From: Pseudomonadota bacterium
Lineage (GTDB): Bacteria; Bdellovibrionota_G; JALEGL01; DATDPG01
DNA: 10,686 nucleotides
Assembly: GCA_043804515.1 (NCBI GenBank)
Contig: JAZDIZ010000080.1
Coordinates: forward strand, 1 to 10,686
Reading direction: 5' to 3'
A program made the position numbers and the translations under genes. This document shows, piece by piece, positions 1 through 6,567 of the stretch; the stretch's first letter is position 1, and each line of letters starts with the position of its first letter. The notes under the pieces are model-generated. The model did not search any database. It was given only the letters and a program-made list of their open reading frames with translations, and was not told where the DNA came from.

Positions 1-47
1 TCCGCCCCGACGGTCTCTTCTTGGGAACGGAAGGAACGGTGGGAGAG

Positions 48-662
48 ATGGCTCGAGGGCGCTACAGAATTCGAAATCCGAGGGAGCGTGCTGTAGCCAC
101 ACTCGAATTCAGCCTGCTCACGCCGCTTCTCTTTCTTCTCTTCCTGTCTCTCACGCAACTCGTCATCTACCTTCAATCCTCGACGGCGACGCAGTACGCG
201 GCATTCACGGCCGCGCGGGCGTATCAGGTCTACGGCCAACGGACGCTGGAGAGCATCGCCTATCCGCGCGTGCGGGGCCTGCCGTACACGGCCGGGGAGC
301 AAACAATCGCCGAGGCGGCGGCGGAAAAGGTGATCTTCGAAAGCCTCATGTGGGAACACAAGAACATCGACGTTCAGGGGGATGCTTCCTCCCTCGATCG
401 ATACTACAGGGATGGGATCGATGCCTCCGTAAACAGCGCGAGTTCCTCGCCCAGTGAGGGCGCCGTCCGGATCAACTTTCTAAAAGGCCAAGGGGCCCGG
501 ATCACGTATTGTCTTCCGATCATCGCACCCGGCATCAACGCTCTTTTCAGCCTCGTGAGAGAAAAATACCCCTGCAGGAACTCCCGGACGCTGCGCCACT
601 ATGACGGCATCGCGATCACGGAGGAAGCCAAGTTCGGCGTGGAGCCGGAGGTGAACCCGTGA
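48..662 (+). CDS. tadE: TadE-like minor pilin/pseudopilin
   Basis: N-terminus RERA|VATLEFSLLTPLLFLLFLSL fits the (G/A)-X4-EF prepilin cleavage motif plus a hydrophobic helix, followed by TadE-like AAFTAARA. ATG at 48 follows a purine-rich GGGAGAG; the ORF track start is TTG 21. Confidence 0.8.
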   Translation: MARGRYRIRNPRERAVATLEFSLLTPLLFLLFLSLTQLVIYLQSSTATQYAAFTAARAYQVYGQRTLESIAYPRVRGLPYTAGEQTIAEAAAEKVIFESLMWEHKNIDVQGDASSLDRYYRDGIDASVNSASSSPSEGAVRINFLKGQGARITYCLPIIAPGINALFSLVREKYPCRNSRTLRHYDGIAITEEAKFGVEPEVNP

Positions 663-1906
663 GGCGGGAGCGGGGACAGCTCACGCTCGGAATGGCCGCG
701 GGATTCGCGATGGCCCTGGCGATCCTGGGCCTCGTGCTGCGCTCGGGAATGATCACGCGCGAAAAGATGAAGCTCCAGCAGACGAGCGACCTCGCCGCCC
801 TCGTAGCCGCCGACACGCAGCGCAACTGGCTGAACAGGCTGCGCGAGATCAACCAGGAGATCGACAAACTCTACAGGGAATTCAACACGGCGATCCTGGC
901 GAATCCGACGCCCTGTCTCACGATCGCCGCGGCAATCGCCGGCGGATGGGACTGCATCAGGCTTCCGAAGGTCGCGGACATGCTTTCAAGCGTGGACATC
1001 CCCGGCGCCGCCTCGAATGCACTGCCCCCGATGTGCCAGACATCCTGCCCGCATTTCGATAACTTCTACAGGGCAACTCTCGTCACGGCGTACGGCATAA
1101 AACAAGCGATGCTGATGGGGCTTGCGGTGAAGGTGATCGAGCAAGCCAACCAGGTAGCGAATGACGACGCTCTGGCCACGTTCCTGGCTCCGCCCAACCT
1201 CCCCTTCGGCCTTCAGAAGATCCTGGACAGGAAATACAACGGGAACGTCACGACGGCCGCCGTCCGCCAGGATTACGACAGCGGTCGACTCAGCGACACC
1301 TACGCCGTCATCGACGCAAACAAGGACCTTCCTCTCTTCCAGGCCAAATTGGAAGGCCGCTCGTTCAAATGGCCGACGGCGCTCTATGCGTCCTTCTTTA
1401 CTCCTCCCCCGGCTACGACATGCTTCTGCGCTCCGGTCGGGACGGGGTACCCCGGCCTGGCCATGGTTGCGGGAAAGATCACAAAGACCGGGGACTATCA
1501 GACGTCATTCTTCACGGGCGTGCAGTACACACCGCGGAAGGAGGACATCGAGAAGTTCGGCCTCTTCTACAAGCAGGCCGATTCGAAGCGACCCTACTTC
1601 GGAGAGGAATCCCAAGATTCATCGGGGGCGAAACTCCCTCTCTTCACGCAGCGAAGGAGCATGGCTGCGCTCTCCCTGGCCAAACCGTACGGCGGAAAAT
1701 TCCCCCGGGCGGCCGCCAACCCTTTTTCCTTCACCGACGCCGGCGACCCCGGAACCGATTTCGAAGGCGCCAAGCTGATCGGCCTCGCCGACAAGGCCCA
1801 GATGGGCGGCTATCGCCTTCCGCTCGACAATGAAATCTGCATGTACGACCCGCAGACCCAGGCGCAGAGATGTTCAAAGGTCTATACGGAGGACTATCTC
1901 CATTGA
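659..1906 (+). CDS. Tad-domain (TadG-like) pilus assembly protein with a Cys-rich C-terminal region
   Basis: RG|QLTLG followed by a hydrophobic helix and LQQTSDLAALVAA, resembling the Tad/TadG LQxAADAAALAGA motif. GGAGG at 647-651; GTGA overlap with the upstream stop; 8 Cys. Confidence 0.75.
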   Translation: MRRERGQLTLGMAAGFAMALAILGLVLRSGMITREKMKLQQTSDLAALVAADTQRNWLNRLREINQEIDKLYREFNTAILANPTPCLTIAAAIAGGWDCIRLPKVADMLSSVDIPGAASNALPPMCQTSCPHFDNFYRATLVTAYGIKQAMLMGLAVKVIEQANQVANDDALATFLAPPNLPFGLQKILDRKYNGNVTTAAVRQDYDSGRLSDTYAVIDANKDLPLFQAKLEGRSFKWPTALYASFFTPPPATTCFCAPVGTGYPGLAMVAGKITKTGDYQTSFFTGVQYTPRKEDIEKFGLFYKQADSKRPYFGEESQDSSGAKLPLFTQRRSMAALSLAKPYGGKFPRAAANPFSFTDAGDPGTDFEGAKLIGLADKAQMGGYRLPLDNEICMYDPQTQAQRCSKVYTEDYLH

Positions 1907-3366
1907 CGGCTCTTTTCCACAGACAGCGCCGCATAAGCCGGGGCACGGCATCCGCGTGCGACATTCCGCGCGCTCAGTCCACGCTGGAGCTGGCGCTACT
2001 CCTCCCGATCGTCTGCGCGATGCTCTGGTGGATCATCGCCGGCTTTTCTGCGCACCACACGGCCAGTGACCACGCGATCCAGAAGCATGCGGAAGCCCTG
2101 GTCGCGTTCAACCACGGAAATTCCGGCGCCATAAACATCGACGGCGGCCCTTCCCTGCCGCCGCGCGGCGAGCCGCCGATGCCGGACGACATTCCCTTCG
2201 GCGACATCCTCAAACCCCTCGCCAAGAACTTTGTGATGAACTTGGGTCTGGGCCTCCTTTTCAACAGCGTCCCGTGGCTCAACGGCCCGTCGATCCAAGC
2301 CGGTTACGCCAGAGGATATCTCAAGAGCGCCGGGAGCTCGCTCGCGAACACCGGGAAAATAGATACGGTCACAGCCGAGCGGGCCGGCTTGGTCGGCGGG
2401 ATCGAAAGCGAGGACTTCACATACGGCGTGCAGCACTTCAACCCCGGCGCATACAATGTCGAAAAACTTCCCGAAGGCTTCATCGGTCCGCCGATGGCCA
2501 CGGAGGGTTTTGACGCCCTGGAGTTTCTGGGTTCGGGGGTTCAACAGGGCCTGGCGGAATGGGCCGCCACCGGTTTCGACGATAAGGCTTTCGATACGTT
2601 CACCATGGGGGCGCTCAGCGGGATGCTCGGCTCCGACTCCTCCCAACACTGGTTCAAGTCGGAAGACAACGAGATCTTCAAGGGGGCCGTGAAAGGGGCG
2701 TTGGCCGGATCGATCGCCGGGATCGGCGCAGGGAAGATGGATTGGAACCAAGTGGCGACGGGAGCTGCGATGGGCGCGTTCTATACAAAGACCGTAGCCA
2801 GGATGCTTCCGTTTACGGATGGCTTGAGCGATCCGCGCTCGAGCGCAAGCTTCGGGGCCGCTAGCGCGGGCGTTACGACGATGCTCGCCATGGGGGGCAA
2901 AGCCACATTTAAGGACGTCGCCTTCGCGTCCGTCGGCGGGGCGTTCTCCAGCCGCCAGATTCAACAAGGGATCCGCGGAAGCGGCAATTTTCTGACCCAG
3001 GCCGCCCGAGGCGCCGGAGGCAGCGCCATATACGCGGCTGCGATAACAAGCGCTTCGGGCGGCGACGCTAAGGCCGTGACCAGCGCCATCTACGGCAGCA
3101 TCGTCCCGGGCGCTCTGGGCATCGGCTACAGCGCCACGGTGGGAAAGGCTCAAAACGCGGTAAACAGCTTCATGCAGAGGACCATTATCGGTCCGGCCAA
3201 CGCAATAGGCTCCAATGCGGTTTCGTCCGTGAGGAGGGGACTCACGACGCCGGACGCCACGGAAGCCGGCGTTTCAGATGAGGAGCAGATGCTGCTCGAT
3301 TCTCCGGTCGAGGGAAGCGATGAGAACCGGAATCCCAATACAGGGGAAGAGGACCCAAAGGCATGA
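1903..3366 (+). CDS. TadE-like pseudopilin fused to a Gly/Ala-rich repeat region and an acidic tail
   Basis: RA|QSTLELALLLPIVCAMLWWIIAGF pilin-like N-terminus with Glu at +5. Start placed at TTG 1903 because of GGAGGA at 1888-1893 and a TTGA overlap with the upstream stop; the ORF track start ATG 1870 is in frame. Confidence 0.7.
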   Translation: MTALFHRQRRISRGTASACDIPRAQSTLELALLLPIVCAMLWWIIAGFSAHHTASDHAIQKHAEALVAFNHGNSGAINIDGGPSLPPRGEPPMPDDIPFGDILKPLAKNFVMNLGLGLLFNSVPWLNGPSIQAGYARGYLKSAGSSLANTGKIDTVTAERAGLVGGIESEDFTYGVQHFNPGAYNVEKLPEGFIGPPMATEGFDALEFLGSGVQQGLAEWAATGFDDKAFDTFTMGALSGMLGSDSSQHWFKSEDNEIFKGAVKGALAGSIAGIGAGKMDWNQVATGAAMGAFYTKTVARMLPFTDGLSDPRSSASFGAASAGVTTMLAMGGKATFKDVAFASVGGAFSSRQIQQGIRGSGNFLTQAARGAGGSAIYAAAITSASGGDAKAVTSAIYGSIVPGALGIGYSATVGKAQNAVNSFMQRTIIGPANAIGSNAVSSVRRGLTTPDATEAGVSDEEQMLLDSPVEGSDENRNPNTGEEDPKA

Positions 3367-3881
3367 GGCGCGAAGCGCACATCGTACTGCTCGGCCTGTT
3401 CCTCGCGGGATCTGTTTTCGCCGGAGAGAATCGCGCCGTCGGTCAGAACGAAGTGCTCCGGATCGGGCCGCCAGCGGCCTCTCAAATGCCCACAAAGGCG
3501 GAGATGCGTGAGTTCCTTCGAATCCTGGTGGAAAGGGATCTGGCGAATCGGATCGCGGCCGGAATGGATTCCAGCGGATTCAACACTTCCCAGATCGAGG
3601 AAGTCCTGACCAGCGCGGAATTCAAGAAATTCGCCTACGGCGTGAGCCATCACCCGCGAATCGTAAGGGCGATGGACCGGCTTTCCGATCGTTTCATCAA
3701 TCCCGAAGCGATGCGGAAACTACGCTTGCGGGCCCGGGAGGAAGAAGCCGCCGCACAGGCTCTTGCCCTCCGGGGAGCCGTCCTGATGCAACGAATGGCC
3801 ACGACACCGGCCCGGACGCTGATGGCCAAGGGCTTCATGGATCAGGTTTGGGAGAGAGCGAAGCGTTTTCTTTTCGAATGA
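3363..3881 (+). CDS. Hypothetical exported protein, predicted mostly helical
   Basis: Sec-type signal peptide MRREAHIVLLGLFLAGSVFA|GE; ATGA overlap with the upstream stop; no family recognised. Confidence 0.7.
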   Translation: MRREAHIVLLGLFLAGSVFAGENRAVGQNEVLRIGPPAASQMPTKAEMREFLRILVERDLANRIAAGMDSSGFNTSQIEEVLTSAEFKKFAYGVSHHPRIVRAMDRLSDRFINPEAMRKLRLRAREEEAAAQALALRGAVLMQRMATTPARTLMAKGFMDQVWERAKRFLFE

Positions 3882-3886
3882 GCGCC

Positions 3887-3915
3887 TTGAAAAATCTTCA
3901 ATTGTTTTGTATAGT
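3887..3915 (+). promoter_or_regulatory. Putative sigma70 promoter upstream of cpaB
   Basis: TTGAAA (3887-3892), 17-nt spacer, TATAGT (3910-3915), in an AT-rich intergenic island within GC-rich DNA. Confidence 0.65.
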
Positions 3916-3987
3916 TATGCCCGTTTCGGGAACAGGAAACCCGGTCCAAACTTTGGCATCCCCAGACCACGTTCTTGGAGGCACCCC

Positions 3988-4830
3988 TTGAAAACCCCGC
4001 GAGCTCTCTTATTCGCCGTCCTCTGCGGCCTCTTGGCCGCCATTCTGACATTCCTTTACTGGTCGGAGCGCGAGCGGAAATGGCAGGGAAAATTCGGGAG
4101 CGTCTCGGTTCTGGTCGCCACCCGCACAATCGAGCGCTACCAGACGATCGAGGAAGGGATGCTGGCCGTGAAATCGATCCCGAGGGATTTCGTGGAACCG
4201 AACGCCAAGACGGCAGAGGACGTCGGGAGCGTCGTGGGACTGATGGCGGACGCGATGATCGCCGCGGGGAGCCAGATCACGCTCGAAAAGATCACGGCTC
4301 CGGGAGCCAGCCGGATCTCCAGCGCGGTTCCTAAAGAAATGCGGGCGTGCACGCTTTCCGTCAACGAGATTACCGGCGTGGCGGGCCTGATCCGCCCCGG
4401 TGACAGCGTGGACGTCCTCGGCACATTCAAAGGCGTGGACGAAAAAACCCGCGTCGCCAATCGGGCGGAGGTCCTCACGTTGTTCCAGAACATGCAGGTT
4501 CTTTCGGTGGGAAGGAATTACCTCTTCGAGACCGAGCCGAAGGGAGGCAAAGAGAGGGGCATGTTCGGCGGCGGCGCGACCGGCTTTTCCAACGTGACCG
4601 TCCTGGCCAACCCGCGCCAATGCATGGATCTGACGCTGGCCCAACAGGTGGGGGAGATCACTCTCGCGCTCCGATCCTACAACGACCGCTTCAGCGCCAA
4701 ACCGAACCCGGAGCTCAAGGAAGTGCACAGCACGACTTCCTCTCTGACGGGCATCAAGGGATCCATCGAGATTTCCAAAAGGCCCCGGTGGCTCGAGATC
4801 CGTGGTGAACAATCCATGATGGTGCCGTAG
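3988..4830 (+). CDS. cpaB: Flp pilus assembly protein CpaB/RcpC
   Basis: N-terminal TM helix, SAF-like VLVATRTI segment, MRACTLSVNEITGVAGLIRPGDSVDVL, LFQNMQVLSVG, GEITLALRS and C-terminal LEIRG. GGAGG at 3977-3981 favours TTG 3988 over 3907. Confidence 0.92.
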   Translation: MKTPRALLFAVLCGLLAAILTFLYWSERERKWQGKFGSVSVLVATRTIERYQTIEEGMLAVKSIPRDFVEPNAKTAEDVGSVVGLMADAMIAAGSQITLEKITAPGASRISSAVPKEMRACTLSVNEITGVAGLIRPGDSVDVLGTFKGVDEKTRVANRAEVLTLFQNMQVLSVGRNYLFETEPKGGKERGMFGGGATGFSNVTVLANPRQCMDLTLAQQVGEITLALRSYNDRFSAKPNPELKEVHSTTSSLTGIKGSIEISKRPRWLEIRGEQSMMVP

Positions 4831-4843
4831 GGAGGTAACTCAG

Positions 4844-6391
4844 ATGCTGCGAAAGATTCTTAAATCGGCAACGTTGATCTTGTTGTTCTTCATCACCACC
4901 GCCTTCGCCCAGACGGAGGGTGCCAAGGAGTACCTGGTGGTCAACAGTCCCCGGGTCAAGAAGCTCGGCTATGCGATCGGGAACGTCACGATCGGGAATC
5001 CCGAGATCGTGAACTTCAAGGCGGACCGGGCCCGGAACTCGATCACTCTGCTTCCCAAACAGACCGGCACCACGCTTCTCCTGATTTATGACGAGCGCGG
5101 CGTCCAACGCGACGCCATCGAGCTGAACGTCTATCCGAGCGACCCGGAGAAAATGCTCCAGCAGGTCAGGCAACTCCTGGTGGACGTGGAAGGGGTCACG
5201 ATCACCCGCATGGACGACAAAATCATCATCGACGGCGAGGTGATCCTTCCCAGTGATAAGGACCGCATCCGAAAGGTCACGGGCAACGCGCGCAACATCG
5301 TGGACCTGACGCGCCTGAATCCCGACACGAACATCATCGTGGCCAAAAAGATCCAGAAGGAGATCGGGATGGACGAGGTGTCGGTCCGCCCGCTCAAAGG
5401 CCAGATCATCCTGGAGGGCGAGGTATATTCGAAACAGGCGTATCAAAAGGCCGAGAAAATCGCGCGCCTTTACTCGGATAAGGTGATGAACGTCCTGGAG
5501 ACCCGGGAGGTGGCCCAACCCCCGAGCCGGAAACCCACCATCCAGGTGACGGCACACTTCGTGGAGGTGGCCAAGAATTTCTCCAAGAACTTCAACTTCC
5601 GCTGGAGCCCCATCCCCAAAATCGGATCTTCGCTCTCGTACACGCTGAATCCGATCTCGGGCAGCGACAACTTCACCGGCGCCCTCACCGGCACGATCGA
5701 CGACATCATGCCGAAGCTCAACTACTTCAAGGCTTTGGGTGTGGCGCGCGTGATGGAGAACCCCGCCGTATCGGTGACCAGCGAGGACACGGCCACCATC
5801 CAGAGCGGGACGCGCATCGGGTTCCCCATCGTCCAGGCCAACGGAAGCGTCTCGATGGAATTCCAGAACGTCGGCGTGAGCCTCACGATCACGCCCGCCG
5901 TGCGCGGGAGTGACGTGCATATGGTGGTCGGAATCACGGTCAGCTCGCTGGGTTCGCCGGATATCACCGGAGGCATCGCCATCGAGCAGAACTCGATCCA
6001 GACGACCCAGTTCGTCCGCTCCGGCGAGTCCGTCGTAATCGGCGGCCTGGTGCGATACTCGAACCGGCAGTCGCTGGATCGTCCCCCCAGCGGCCTCTCC
6101 TCCTCCACAGGCGCGTCGTCGGCGTCCCCTGTCACGACGGCGGGCACCGGAAATTTTACGGACCCGTTCCCGTTCGGGTCCCTTTTCACGCTCTTCAAAT
6201 CCACCGACATAGGGAAGCAACGGAGCCAGTTCCTGGTTTTCATCACTCCCAGGATCCTTCAATTCGCGAAGGACGCCAACCGGGAGCTCAAGGAACAATT
6301 CAACCTGTACGAGGTCTATCCGGAAGACTTGAACCGGTCGCATCCCTCCGGCGGAGGTCCCCTGGAGAACCAGGGAGGAGACTCGAACTAA
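4844..6391 (+). CDS. cpaC: Tad secretin CpaC/RcpA with pilus N-terminal domain and two BON-like domains
   Basis: Signal peptide; VTIGNPEIV...PKQTGTTLLLIYD N-domain; BON-like KIIIDGEV and QIILEGEV; secretin motifs IQVTAHFVEV, ENPAVSVTSEDTATIQSG, NVGVSLTITP, VRSGESVVIGGL, FLVFITPRIL. RBS GGAGGT at 4831-4836. Confidence 0.92.
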   Translation: MLRKILKSATLILLFFITTAFAQTEGAKEYLVVNSPRVKKLGYAIGNVTIGNPEIVNFKADRARNSITLLPKQTGTTLLLIYDERGVQRDAIELNVYPSDPEKMLQQVRQLLVDVEGVTITRMDDKIIIDGEVILPSDKDRIRKVTGNARNIVDLTRLNPDTNIIVAKKIQKEIGMDEVSVRPLKGQIILEGEVYSKQAYQKAEKIARLYSDKVMNVLETREVAQPPSRKPTIQVTAHFVEVAKNFSKNFNFRWSPIPKIGSSLSYTLNPISGSDNFTGALTGTIDDIMPKLNYFKALGVARVMENPAVSVTSEDTATIQSGTRIGFPIVQANGSVSMEFQNVGVSLTITPAVRGSDVHMVVGITVSSLGSPDITGGIAIEQNSIQTTQFVRSGESVVIGGLVRYSNRQSLDRPPSGLSSSTGASSASPVTTAGTGNFTDPFPFGSLFTLFKSTDIGKQRSQFLVFITPRILQFAKDANRELKEQFNLYEVYPEDLNRSHPSGGGPLENQGGDSN

Positions 6392-6405
6392 TTTGGATTG
6401 ATTTT

Positions 6406-6567
6406 ATGAAACGCATCGAGTCACTACGAAACGGTCAGATTTGGCGCAGATCAAGGCGGGCGCCGAGCACAGACCGGAGTTGGCTTGAAAGGCCAATGAG
6501 GACTGCGCGCAGGCGCCCAACGCAGAGATGCGGCAAATATGCCGTTTCCCTCGTCGGTGCCTTATGA
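6406..6567 (+). CDS. Possible 53-aa leader ORF spanning the palindrome
   Basis: Hand-translated open frame MKRIESLRNGQIWRRSRRAPSTDRSWLERPMRTARRRPTQRCGKYAVSLVGAL; its TGA overlaps ATG 6564 (ATGA); weak GGA at 6395-6397. Codon usage is atypical, so translation is unproven. Confidence 0.3.
   Translation: MKRIESLRNGQIWRRSRRAPSTDRSWLERPMRTARRRPTQRCGKYAVSLVGAL
6428..6548. repeat. ~121-bp imperfect palindromic intergenic element (ERIC/IRU- or MITE-like)
   Basis: Nested inverted repeats: GAAACGG 6428-6434 / CCGTTTC 6542-6548; CAGATTTGGCGCA 6436-6448 / TGCGGCAAATATG 6529-6541 (11 of 13); GGGCGCC 6458-6464 / GGCGCCC 6512-6518; TTGGC 6480-6484 / GCCAA 6492-6496. Confidence 0.75.

Noticed and set aside
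3021..3093. Direct repeat CAGCGCCAT(A/C)TAC 60 nt apart
   Set aside because: Two copies encoding SAIY within the protein repeat region; not a CRISPR or independent DNA repeat.
1996..3153. 385-aa minus-strand ORF as an alternative to the + strand gene
   Set aside because: The + strand ORF has a pilin motif, an RBS and coupling overlaps at both ends; the minus ORF has none of these.
3887..3901. FNR box
   Set aside because: The FNR consensus is TTGAT-N4-ATCAA; this site is TTGAA-N5-TTCAA, so no regulator was assigned.
3916..3975. Possible c-di-GMP-I riboswitch in the cpaB leader
   Set aside because: Only vague resemblance (CCGGTC...TGGCA); the GCAAA-type conserved segments and a convincing two-stem architecture are missing. 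An Rfam cmscan would settle it.
4754..6343. 529-aa minus-strand ORF opposite the secretin
   Set aside because: Antisense shadow of a GC-rich gene with strong codon bias; no recognisable domain.
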